Below, piece by piece: positions 1-8,343 of a DNA stretch of 28,640 nucleotides; the first letter of the stretch is position 1, and the number at the start of each line of letters is the position of its first letter. The stretch comes from Archangium sp. (GTDB taxonomy: Bacteria > Myxococcota > Myxococcia > Myxococcales > Myxococcaceae), in the NCBI GenBank assembly GCA_031367385.1, contig JANLPS010000311.1:1-28640 (forward strand), given 5' to 3'. The position numbers were made by a program, and so were the translations under genes. The notes beneath the pieces are model-generated. The model was not told the origin of the DNA. It saw only the letters and a program-made list of their open reading frames with translations, and searched no databases.

Positions 1-1357
1 GCGCTTCGGTCTCGGCGCTGCCGTCCCAATGGGCCAACAAGAAGCCGTCTTCGGCCTTGGCCTTCATCTCGTCGTACGAGTTCACCTCGAAGGTGTGCGC
101 CTCGCGAAACGCCTTGGCCTTGGTGAAGAGGTCTTTCTGCATGCCGTCGAGCATCTCGCGGGCCTTGGCGACGGCCGACTCGAGCTGCACGAATTCTTTT
201 TGCCGGTTGTCGCGGCGCACCAAAACGCACTGATTCTTCTCGAGGTCTTTGGGCCCCAGCTCCATGCGAAGGCAGACGCCGCGCAGCTCGTATTCGGCGA
301 ACTTGAACCCCGGGCCCTTCGACTCGTCGTCGTCGATGATGACCGAGAGCCCCGACTTCTTGAGCTCAGCGCTCAACGCGTGGGCTTTCTCTTTGACCTT
401 GGTGCGCTCGTCAGGGCCCTTGCCGATGATCACGATCACGCAGTGGGTCGGCGCCAACCGCGGCGGCACCACCAGCCCGTTGTCATCGGAGTGCGTCATG
501 ATCAACGCGCCGATCAACCGAGTCGAGACGCCCCAGGAGGTCTGCCAGACGAACTCTTTCTTGCCCTCGCGGCTCTGGTACTGCGTCTCGAACATCTTGG
601 CGAAGTTCTGACCCAGGTTATGCGACGTGCCGGCCTGCAGGGCCTTCTTGTCCTGCATCATGGCTTCAATCGAGTACGTGCTGTCAGCCCCGGGGAACTT
701 CTCGCTCTCGGTCTTCTGCCCGCTCATCACCGGCATCGCCATGTAGTCTTCGGCGAAGGTCTTGTAGACGTCGAGCATCTTGAGCGTCTCTTCTTGGGCG
801 TCACCTTGCGTCTCGTGGCAGGTGTGGCCCTCTTGCCAGAGAAACTCGCTGGTTCTCAAGAACATGCGCGTGCGCATTTCCCAGCGCATCACGTTCGCCC
901 ACTGGTTGATCAGCAGCGGCAGGTCACGGTAGCTCTGCACCCACTTCGCGAAGCTGCGGTTGATGATCGTCTCTGAGGTCGGGCGAATGACGTAGCGATG
1001 GCCTTCTGGCAACGGCGACCCGCCGGCGTGCGTGACCACAGCGAGCTGCGGCTTGAACCCAGCAACGTGGTCTTTCTCGCGCTCGAGATACTCTTCGGGG
1101 ATCAGCATCGGGAAATACGCGTTCTGGTGCCCGGTGTCTTTGAACATGCCGTCGAGGGCTTTTTGCATGTGCTCCCAGATGGCGTAGCCATTGGGTCGAA
1201 TCACCATGCAGCCTTTGACGTCAGAGTTGTCAGCCAGCTTCGCGCGCTGAACGAGGTCGTTGTACCAACCGCTGAAGTCGGCCTCTCGCGTCGGCAACGC
1301 GAGGTCGTTCTTCTTCTTGCCGCCCTGGTTCTGCTGATTCTTCTGCTGGTCTGACAT
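1..1357 (-). CDS. proS: Proline--tRNA ligase, archaeal/eukaryotic type (3' end runs off the left edge)
   Basis: Manual translation from ATG at 1357 gives MSDQQKNQQ...[36 protein letters not shown]...NAYFPMLIP...IRPTSETII...[41 protein letters not shown] and, near the edge, [15 protein letters not shown]. These are class II ProRS motifs. The gene is absent from the ORF track because its stop codon is outside the window. Confidence 0.96.
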   Translation of the reverse strand, partial: MSDQQKNQQNQGGKKKNDLALPTREADFSGWYNDLVQRAKLADNSDVKGCMVIRPNGYAIWEHMQKALDGMFKDTGHQNAYFPMLIPEEYLEREKDHVAGFKPQLAVVTHAGGSPLPEGHRYVIRPTSETIINRSFAKWVQSYRDLPLLINQWANVMRWEMRTRMFLRTSEFLWQEGHTCHETQGDAQEETLKMLDVYKTFAEDYMAMPVMSGQKTESEKFPGADSTYSIEAMMQDKKALQAGTSHNLGQNFAKMFETQYQSREGKKEFVWQTSWGVSTRLIGALIMTHSDDNGLVVPPRLAPTHCVIVIIGKGPDERTKVKEKAHALSAELKKSGLSVIIDDDESKGPGFKFAEYELRGVCLRMELGPKDLEKNQCVLVRRDNRQKEFVQLESAVAKAREMLDGMQKDLFTKAKAFREAHTFEVNSYDEMKAKAEDGFLLAHWDGSAETEA

Positions 1358-1403
1358 GGTGCACAGCACCTAGAGCAGCCAGCAGGCAAAGACAACGCTT
1401 GCG

Positions 1404-4154
1404 CTACGGAGGCGGCAAGAACGCCCAGCGCGAGATGTGATCGTAGTCGGCGGTGTTGACGTTGCTCATGTTGACCGCGGCGCCATCAACGCCCGAATTC
1501 TGATCGACCGGCGCGTAGTAGATGTCAGCCGAGCCCTTGCCACCGCCGCGGGTCGACGAAAACGACAGCAACAACCCGTCTTTCGACCACGTGGGCCACG
1601 AGTTCGGGCCCACCGCATTGAGCAACGGCAGCTTCAAGATCTGCCCCGTCGCCACCTCGACCAGCTGCACGACCGAGTCGGGTGCCGAGCGGGTGCTCTG
1701 GCCCTTGGCGCTGTAGGTGTAGGCGATGTACTTGCCGTTCGGCGAAAACTCGGGGAGGTAATTCTCGCCCGGAGTGCCACTCGCGCCGGGCACCACGGTG
1801 GCCACCCCGCCCTTCTCAGGAATGGTGACGAGGTCAGTCGGGCCGGTGATGCCGAAATCTCCGGCGTCGGCGGTACCGCTGCCGCGAACCAGCACGATCT
1901 TGCCGTTCGGGCCCCACGAGGGCTGCGTGTAGATGTACGCAGGGTCGTCGGTGCCGGGCAACGTGCCGATGACTCCCGCGGTGACCGAGGCGAGCTTGAG
2001 CACTTTGCCCTCGTTGTAGACGAACTGGTACGGCGGGTCGGTCTTGGGGTTCGGGTTCCACGAGGGGTACTGGCCACCCCCGGTGTTGGGGATGGGGATC
2101 GCCCCCAAGGTGCGCGCGTCGAGAATTCGCATCGTCGGAGGCGTGCCGTACTCGAGCAAGGCGATGAACTTGCCGTCGGCGCTGACGGTGTGACAGCCCG
2201 AGCAGCTCTCGCCGGCCTTGGTGCCGTACACCGGGCTGCGATTCGGGGGCCCCTGCAGATTCGTCTTCATCACCGTGCCCTCCTGGGTGGTGGTGACGGC
2301 GGCGGCTTGCCACGTGTACATGACCTCTCCCGCGTCGGCCGAGACGGTCTGGGGGCCTACGTCGAGCGGTATGAGCTGCTTGGTGAACACCGGGTCATCT
2401 GAAACGACCTCGATCGAATCAGCCAGATTGCCGCCAGTCGTGGGTGAGACAGTCACCAGTTGAATGACGCTCGCTCCCGCTGAGAGGGCGATCGGCAAGG
2501 TCGGAGAAGGCGTCAACGAGAACGGGCTCGTCGCGCCCAGCACCTTCATCGACTGAATCGCCACCGCCGAGCCACCGCAGGCGGTCATGGTCACCTGGAG
2601 CGTCTGGGTCGCCCCAACGCCGACACTGCCGAAGTGCAAGCGCGCCGGGCTGATGCACAAGCGGCGAACACCCGACTTGGCCGTGATGGGGATGTTGAGC
2701 GTCAGCTTGGGGCCGCTGAACAAACCGGCGGTGTAGTTGATCAGCAGGTTGTTGTTGTCTGCGCGAGCGATGGTCGGCGCGTAGGTGAGACCGACCGTGG
2801 TGCCGCCGCCGAAGCCGCCAACGCCGCCGCTGCCAACGATGCCGAAGCTCACTTTGCTCATCACGAAGTTCGTGTTCGGAGTCGCGAGGGCCGCGCCAGT
2901 CAGGGTGCAGGGTTCTCCGTCGGGGCTCTGCGCGGTCAACAACACCGAGCTGATGGCGCGGTCGCCGAGCTCAACGCCTCCGAAGTCAATCGCCCTCGGA
3001 GTCGCCTTGAGCAAGCACGCCGGCGGGTCGATGCCTTGGCCCGACAACGGCACCGTCAGTGTCGGCGTGGCCGGGTCATCAGAGACGACCGTCAAATTCG
3101 CCGCGTCGTTCTGATTGCCGGTGGGCACGTAGTGAATCTTCGAATTCACTGACGTCTTCGGAGCGAGCACCAACGGAGCCGAGGCCCCACCGACACTGAA
3201 GGTGGGGCTGCCGACGATCGAGATGCTCGAGATCATGCACGCCACCGAGCCGACATTATTGAGCGTCACCACGCCGTCTTGGCTCGAGCCTGTCGGAGTG
3301 CTGCCGAAGGCGAGGCTGGTCGGGCTCGCGATCATCTTGCAACTCAATGAGCTCGCCGCGAGGGCCTTGAGTTGAATCGTCACGACCGGGGTGAGCGGGT
3401 CGTCGGTCGTGACCTGCAGCGCTCCAGCGAAGGCCGCGTCGACGCCGGGGGTGAAGACGACCGAGAACACCTGCTCCTCGTTTACCGCCATCGAGCGCGT
3501 CGTCGCCTGATACGGGCTCATCGTGAACAGCAGCGGAGTGCCGTCGAGAAACGACGAGCCGCCATAGTTGAGGGCCGCATCGCCCTTGCTGGTGATGCGA
3601 ACCTTGCGCGCGACCGGCGGAGCGTTGAGCAGCATCGAGCCGTACTCGATGGTCAGCACCGGGTTCGCCGCCGATGCACACTCATAGGTGCCCGCCGTAG
3701 TCGTCTCTGCGCACACCTCAGCCAGCGCCGCGTGGGCTTGACCCTTCACCTTTACCGTGACGCTCGCGAGCCTGGGGTCGGTGGTGGTGAGATCGATGAT
3801 CGCCTCGACGGCTCCGCTGCGGGTCGGCTTGAAGCTGACGATCACCGTGAACGACCCAGACAGGTTCACCAGCTTCGGCACGTCATCGCCGCCAACGCTG
3901 AACGCCGCGTCTGACCCTTCGCGAAATCGCACCGACTTCACGGTCGCGGTGTCGTTGCCGAGGTTCTGAATGACGATCAACCCGGTGGCCGTTTCACCGA
4001 CGCGCAGGGTGCCGAGATCGAGCAGGTACTGATCGCCCTCTTTGACGGTGGGCGCCTTGACGATCAGCTCGGGGGCAATGGTGCCCAGCTTCTGGCTGCA
4101 GGTGCACCCCGCGGGTATCAGTAACGTCAGCGCCAGCAATGAGACGATTCGCAA
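1404..4154 (-). CDS. Large predicted lipoprotein: five Ig-like ASH/choice-of-anchor D type repeats plus a C-terminal TolB/PD40-like beta-propeller with a CxxCH motif
   Basis: Likely start is TTG at 4154 (AGGAG 7 nt upstream); the ORF track extends to 4214. Signal LRIVSLLALTLLIPAG-C-TC resembles a lipobox. Repeats of about 105-120 aa begin with (P)xxLxFG-like motifs and four of the five end in (T/S)(D/T)DP. Then CSGCHTVSADG and PD40-like motifs PSWNP, PSWGPNG, PEFSPNG, PTWSKDG. Confidence 0.8.
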   Translation of the reverse strand: MRIVSLLALTLLIPAGCTCSQKLGTIAPELIVKAPTVKEGDQYLLDLGTLRVGETATGLIVIQNLGNDTATVKSVRFREGSDAAFSVGGDDVPKLVNLSGSFTVIVSFKPTRSGAVEAIIDLTTTDPRLASVTVKVKGQAHAALAEVCAETTTAGTYECASAANPVLTIEYGSMLLNAPPVARKVRITSKGDAALNYGGSSFLDGTPLLFTMSPYQATTRSMAVNEEQVFSVVFTPGVDAAFAGALQVTTDDPLTPVVTIQLKALAASSLSCKMIASPTSLAFGSTPTGSSQDGVVTLNNVGSVACMISSISIVGSPTFSVGGASAPLVLAPKTSVNSKIHYVPTGNQNDAANLTVVSDDPATPTLTVPLSGQGIDPPACLLKATPRAIDFGGVELGDRAISSVLLTAQSPDGEPCTLTGAALATPNTNFVMSKVSFGIVGSGGVGGFGGGTTVGLTYAPTIARADNNNLLINYTAGLFSGPKLTLNIPITAKSGVRRLCISPARLHFGSVGVGATQTLQVTMTACGGSAVAIQSMKVLGATSPFSLTPSPTLPIALSAGASVIQLVTVSPTTGGNLADSIEVVSDDPVFTKQLIPLDVGPQTVSADAGEVMYTWQAAAVTTTQEGTVMKTNLQGPPNRSPVYGTKAGESCSGCHTVSADGKFIALLEYGTPPTMRILDARTLGAIPIPNTGGGQYPSWNPNPKTDPPYQFVYNEGKVLKLASVTAGVIGTLPGTDDPAYIYTQPSWGPNGKIVLVRGSGTADAGDFGITGPTDLVTIPEKGGVATVVPGASGTPGENYLPEFSPNGKYIAYTYSAKGQSTRSAPDSVVQLVEVATGQILKLPLLNAVGPNSWPTWSKDGLLLSFSSTRGGGKGSADIYYAPVDQNSGVDGAAVNMSNVNTADYDHISRWAFLPPP

Positions 4155-4161
4155 AGGAGGA

Positions 4162-4187
4162 CTCCTGGGGTGGCGGGGCCCCAGGAG
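4162..4187 (-). promoter_or_regulatory. 9-bp perfect stem-loop containing the Shine-Dalgarno of the lipoprotein gene
   Basis: Minus strand reads CTCCTGGGG-ccccgcca-CCCCAGGAG, then 7 nt to the TTG start. The AGGAG lies in the 3' arm. Confidence 0.45.
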
Positions 4188-4233
4188 ATAGTTGATTGCC
4201 GACGGCGAAGGCAAACCGTGACGCGATTTCTTT

Positions 4234-4722
4234 TTAGTTGGGCACTGCGGCCGGCATCACCGAAACGTTGTGAAACTTCGACCCGTTGCACTGGTCGATG
4301 ATGCGAACCAAGTCTTCGTACGCGACGACGTCTTCGGCCTCGACGGTGATGGTGCCCTCGCTCGGGCGGTCGTCTTTGAGCTGCGCGAGCGCGACCTGCA
4401 GTGGGTGCAGCTCGAGCGCCCCTTTCTTGTTGCGAACGACCGGCATGGTGCCGACCGTGGTGCCTCCGACCGAGAGCCTGAGCTCGTTGCCAGTCACCAA
4501 CAGGTTCACCGGCATCGGGGGTGGCGTATCGCTGCTGGGCGCCGAGCTGTCTTGCCCCGCGGTCGTGACCTGCAGCGCGCCAAGCTGGGTCCACGTGCCG
4601 GCTTGAATGAAGAAGGCGATGGTGACCGCCATCAGGTCGATGAAGGGCACCATGTTCAAGGCCGCGTCGAGTGACTTCTTGCCGCCCTTGGAGCTCGTGC
4701 CCAAGTCCATTCCACCGGCCAT
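4234..4722 (-). CDS. ExbD/TolR-family protein, close paralogue of AglQ
   Basis: Start MAGGMDLG at ATG 4722 with GAGG 5 nt upstream. TM motif NMVPFIDLMAVTIAFF and C-terminal AEDVVAYEDLVRIID. Gapless manual alignment with 10333..10815 gives about 90/160 identities. Confidence 0.92.
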   Translation of the reverse strand: MAGGMDLGTSSKGGKKSLDAALNMVPFIDLMAVTIAFFIQAGTWTQLGALQVTTAGQDSSAPSSDTPPPMPVNLLVTGNELRLSVGGTTVGTMPVVRNKKGALELHPLQVALAQLKDDRPSEGTITVEAEDVVAYEDLVRIIDQCNGSKFHNVSVMPAAVPN

Positions 4723-4724
4723 GT

Positions 4725-4779
4725 GAACCTCGCGTGTGATGTGTGGCTTTGGCCAGACACCGCCTTCATGGCGAGGTTC
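4725..4779 (-). promoter_or_regulatory. Long hairpin filling the intergenic gap and pairing with the RBS of the aglQ paralogue
   Basis: Minus strand GAACCTCGC...GCGAGGTTC forms a perfect 9-bp outer stem, with an inner stem GTG-tc-TGGC-caaa-GCCA-CAC. The 3' arm contains the GAGG SD and ends 2 nt before the ATG. Confidence 0.45.
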
Positions 4780-4783
4780 CAAC

Positions 4784-5779
4784 TCAGGCCCGCGCGGTGC
4801 TCGAACGGCGAAACATCAGCAGCAAGAACAGCGGGCCGCCCAGCAGCGCGGTGATGACGCCGACCGGGGGCTCGGTGTGAAAGACGGTGAACAACAACCG
4901 CGCGCCCAGGTCGGCGAGCATCAGAAACGAGGCTCCGAGCAGGGCGCTGGCTGGCAGCGCAATTCGCTGATCAGCACCGAAGAGCAACCGCGTCAGGTGC
5001 GGCACCAACAACCCGACGAAGCCCACCAGGCCCGAGAGCGCCACCGCCGAAGAGACCGCCAGCGACGCCATCACGAAGAGCACCAGGCGGGTGCGCCGCA
5101 CGTCGATGCCGAGGCTGCGCGCGTCATCATCACCGAGGGTCATCACGTTGAGCTTGGCCGACAGCGCGACCATCACCGCGATGGCCAAGAGCACCACGGC
5201 CGCCGTGGCAATCAGGGTCATCGGCGCTTCTTGACCGAGCGTGCCCGAGAGCCAGAACAGAATCTCACCGAGCTTGTCGGGCGCGACCAGTGCCTTGATG
5301 AAGATGATCGCCGCCAGCGCGAAGGCGTTGAAGATGACGCCCGCGAGCAGCGTGGTGTGCGGCCCACCCAGCCGGCCAACCGAGAGCACCAGCAGGGTCG
5401 CTCCGACTGCGCCGCCCAAGGCCAGCAACGACGGGGCCGAAAACCCGAGCACGCTGGCCGTCAGCCCGAGCGCGAGCGCCACGGTTGCTCCCAAGGCCGC
5501 ACCGCCGCTGACGCCGAGCACGAAGGGGTCGGCGAGGGCATTTCGCATCAGCGACTGCAGCGTCATGCCGCTGGCCGCGAGCGCCGCGCCGACGATCGCC
5601 GCGAGCACCACCCTGGGCAGCCGCAGCCCGTAGAAGATGGTCTCGTCGACCGAGCCCGGCGTTCGAATGCCTTGCCATGAAATCGACTGCTCACCCAGCG
5701 CGACGCAGAGCGCGAAGCACAGCAGCGCGAAGCCGAGGCACCCGGCGACGGCGAGTGTCAACCGCCGGGCAGAGAACAC
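4784..5779 (-). CDS. FecCD/BtuC-family iron-chelate, heme or cobalamin ABC transporter permease
   Basis: Family motifs LRLPRVVLAAIVGAALAASG..LQSLMRNALADPFVLGVSGGA, LGDDDARSLG, GLVGFVGLLVPH and PVGVITALLGGPLF. Highly hydrophobic, 331 aa. GTG start is 1 nt after the nadE stop. Confidence 0.93.
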   Translation of the reverse strand: MFSARRLTLAVAGCLGFALLCFALCVALGEQSISWQGIRTPGSVDETIFYGLRLPRVVLAAIVGAALAASGMTLQSLMRNALADPFVLGVSGGAALGATVALALGLTASVLGFSAPSLLALGGAVGATLLVLSVGRLGGPHTTLLAGVIFNAFALAAIIFIKALVAPDKLGEILFWLSGTLGQEAPMTLIATAAVVLLAIAVMVALSAKLNVMTLGDDDARSLGIDVRRTRLVLFVMASLAVSSAVALSGLVGFVGLLVPHLTRLLFGADQRIALPASALLGASFLMLADLGARLLFTVFHTEPPVGVITALLGGPLFLLLMFRRSSTARA

Positions 5780-5780
5780 G

Positions 5781-7640
5781 TCACCACTCCGTGCGGGTCA
5801 CGACGGGCAACTGCAGGGCGCGTTCGCGGTCGAGGTCTAAGTTACCGACGTGCAGCGAGATCGGGCTCTGCACCCACTTGTAGATGCTTTGGGTGAACAG
5901 CTTCACGAAGCGCTTCACCCACGTCTCGAGCGTCGCCCGCGGGTGCTCGGGGAACATCGTGCTCACCGCCTCGAACACCTCGGCCGGGCTCAGCTTCTCG
6001 CCCGCGAAGAGGTGAAAACAGACGTCGAGCACGGTGAACGGCATCAGCTCTTCTTCGCCGACCTGGTTGGGCGCGAGCTCGGGGCCCGCGGGCCGCGCGG
6101 TGACCAGGCGAATGCCTTCGTAGTGGTGCTTCTCTGAGAGGTAGTCGAGCATGTACATCACCACTGTCTTCGGCAGATTCGCGATGACCGCCAGCGCGCC
6201 CATCAGGTCTCCGCCGATGGTGGTGTAGCCGACCGATTTCTCCGACATGTTGCCGGTCTGCAAGAACAGGCCGCCCGAGGTGTTCGCCCAGTTCCACATG
6301 CGCTGGGCGCGAAGGCGGGCTTGCACGTTCTGACGTGTGATTTCGGTCAGCTCTTTGCCGCCGCCGAGCATCGCCTTGGTGGCCTCCATCTCGCGCTCGA
6401 AAGCATCGTCGATGCTGATGACGGTGAACTTCACGCCCAGCTCACGCGCGATGGTCTCGGCCGCGTGTTGGGTCGCGTCAGACGAGAACCGGGTCGGCAT
6501 GTAGAAGGTCTCGATCGGCACCTTGGCGCGGCTGGCGTACCGGTGGGCGATGAGCAGGGTCAGCAGTGAGTCGCGGCCACCCGAGAGCGCGATGCCGATG
6601 CTCTTGAAGCCACGGGTTTTTTCAAAGTAGTCGCCGATGCCCAGCGAGAGCGCGTCGAGCACGTCTTCGCAGTACGTCTCGCGCGACGACTTCACGTTCT
6701 CGGGGCCCGGCAAGAAGTAACTGCGATGCCAGGGGAAGGGGTAGACGAGCGTCTCGCGCTTGGTCACGACGGGCACCTTGATGGTGTCGCACGGCGTCTC
6801 TTTGGCGGCCCAGCTGCGGCGGTCATCGCGCCAGGTGGTGTTCTCGGTGCGCAGCCGCAGCGTGCGCTCGAGGTCGACCACCGTGGCGGCCCAGGTCTGC
6901 TGAAACCGCGGCAGCTCGAGCGCCATGCGGCCGTTCTGGTTGACGTAGCCGCCACCGTCGAAGATCAGCCCGTCTTGCGCGCCGACCTGGTTGACGTACG
7001 CGACGGTGCACTGGTGATCAGACGCGCGGGTCGAGATCATCTCGCGGCGGGTGCCGTCGACGCCGATGCGAAATGGAGACGCCGAGATATTGCAGATGAG
7101 CTCGGCGCCCGAGTAGGTGCGGCGGCGAATCGGGCCGTCGACGCTCCACATGTCTTCGCAGACCTCGAGCCCGAGCACGCCGAAGTCGCACTCGAAGACG
7201 AAGTCGCCCAGGGGCACGCCGCGGTGCAATTCGTTCATGCCTGGCAGGCCACGCGCGAAGGTTCGGCCCTCGTAGAAGATGTTGTAGGTGGGCAGCTTTT
7301 CTTTGGGCACCAACGCGTGAATGGTGCCCCCGCCGACGACCGCCGCGCAGTTGTAGCGCAGGCCATGCTGGGCGATGGCCACGCCGATGATGCTCACCAA
7401 TGACAGCGAGGCCGTCTCTTTGGCGTAGCGCTGCAGCTCGAGCCACTGCTTGTCGACGAAACCGTGCCACTGCACCAGGTCTTCGCAGGGGTACCCGCCA
7501 ATCGTCTGCTCGGGGAAGAGGGCGACCGTGACGTGCGCGGCGGCCATCTCTTTGACCTGCGCCAGGGCTCGGTCGACGTTGGCTCCGAAGGCGCCGACCG
7601 TGGTGTTGATGCTGCCGAGGCCGACTTTGACGAGTCGCAT
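5781..7640 (-). CDS. nadE: Glutamine-dependent NAD(+) synthetase
   Basis: N-terminal nitrilase-fold glutaminase with the E-K-C triad (FPEQ, PKEKLPTYNIFYE, EVCEDMW). C-terminal synthetase motifs ALSGGRDS, NVQARLR and TGNMSEKSVGYTT. Confidence 0.95.
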   Translation of the reverse strand: MRLVKVGLGSINTTVGAFGANVDRALAQVKEMAAAHVTVALFPEQTIGGYPCEDLVQWHGFVDKQWLELQRYAKETASLSLVSIIGVAIAQHGLRYNCAAVVGGGTIHALVPKEKLPTYNIFYEGRTFARGLPGMNELHRGVPLGDFVFECDFGVLGLEVCEDMWSVDGPIRRRTYSGAELICNISASPFRIGVDGTRREMISTRASDHQCTVAYVNQVGAQDGLIFDGGGYVNQNGRMALELPRFQQTWAATVVDLERTLRLRTENTTWRDDRRSWAAKETPCDTIKVPVVTKRETLVYPFPWHRSYFLPGPENVKSSRETYCEDVLDALSLGIGDYFEKTRGFKSIGIALSGGRDSLLTLLIAHRYASRAKVPIETFYMPTRFSSDATQHAAETIARELGVKFTVISIDDAFEREMEATKAMLGGGKELTEITRQNVQARLRAQRMWNWANTSGGLFLQTGNMSEKSVGYTTIGGDLMGALAVIANLPKTVVMYMLDYLSEKHHYEGIRLVTARPAGPELAPNQVGEEELMPFTVLDVCFHLFAGEKLSPAEVFEAVSTMFPEHPRATLETWVKRFVKLFTQSIYKWVQSPISLHVGNLDLDRERALQLPVVTRTEW

Positions 7641-7668
7641 GCGCGGCACCCTAGCTCACCCGTCAGGG

Positions 7669-8322
7669 TCAGCGAGCCTTCGCGACCCGTGCCAGCCGCT
7701 CATCGCGACGCCGCTGGGCCTCTTTTTCGACGACCCTGAAGGTCTCGGCCACGCCCTCTTGGTTGCCCAGGTTCGCGGCGAACGGAGGCACCCACCCGCC
7801 CGGGTCGACCGCGAAGGTGTAAACCACATGGCTCTTCGAGCCGTCGCCGATGGGGGTCACCCGCCAGCCACCGTCATTTTTCAGCAACCGCACCACATCA
7901 GGCGTGCGCGGCAACCGGTCAGGCTCGGCCGACCAGGTGTCTTCGAACGCGCCAGACCCGTCGGGCTTCACCCACTGCACGACTGAAACTCGCTCGACGT
8001 AGTCGCGCTTGCCGACCAGCGGCAGGTCGATGAGCGTGTAAATCAACCGGCTGCCGTCGGGCCGGTCGCCGCCCACCTGCCGGGCCTCTTTGAGAAACGG
8101 CATGAAGTAGCGAAAGCGCTCGACCGCCAACAGGGTCGTCTGGAGGTCTTGCACCGGCGCGGCGATGTCACCCTCGGCCCAGACCGCTTTGATGGGAGTG
8201 CCCGGAATCGCTCGGTTTTTGATGGTGATCGGCCCCTTGAGCACGGTCTCCCAAGGCGCTTCTTCAGCCTGGGCCGCGAAGGCCAGCACCACAGCAAGAT
8301 GAACGAGACGGGAGCGTTTCAT
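7669..8322 (-). CDS. Exported START/SRPBCC (Bet v1-like) lipid-binding domain protein
   Basis: Signal peptide MKRSRLVHLAVVLAFAAQA. START-like motifs DLPLVGKRDYV, GGWRVTP and VDPGGWVPPFAAN. Confidence 0.75.
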   Translation of the reverse strand: MKRSRLVHLAVVLAFAAQAEEAPWETVLKGPITIKNRAIPGTPIKAVWAEGDIAAPVQDLQTTLLAVERFRYFMPFLKEARQVGGDRPDGSRLIYTLIDLPLVGKRDYVERVSVVQWVKPDGSGAFEDTWSAEPDRLPRTPDVVRLLKNDGGWRVTPIGDGSKSHVVYTFAVDPGGWVPPFAANLGNQEGVAETFRVVEKEAQRRRDERLARVAKAR

Positions 8323-8343
8323 GGAGCACATCACAGGTGACCG

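Noticed and set aside
29..1354. Plus-strand ORFs 29..976 and 998..1354
   Set aside because: Antisense shadows of proS, typical of GC-rich codon bias; no recognisable motifs.
2790..2840. GCC-rich low-complexity run as a DNA repeat
   Set aside because: It only encodes the Gly-rich loop of the lipoprotein; not a periodic array.
1437..5680. Long plus-strand ORFs such as 1437..2402 and 4736..5680
   Set aside because: Arg/Gly/His-rich mirror frames of well-supported minus-strand genes.
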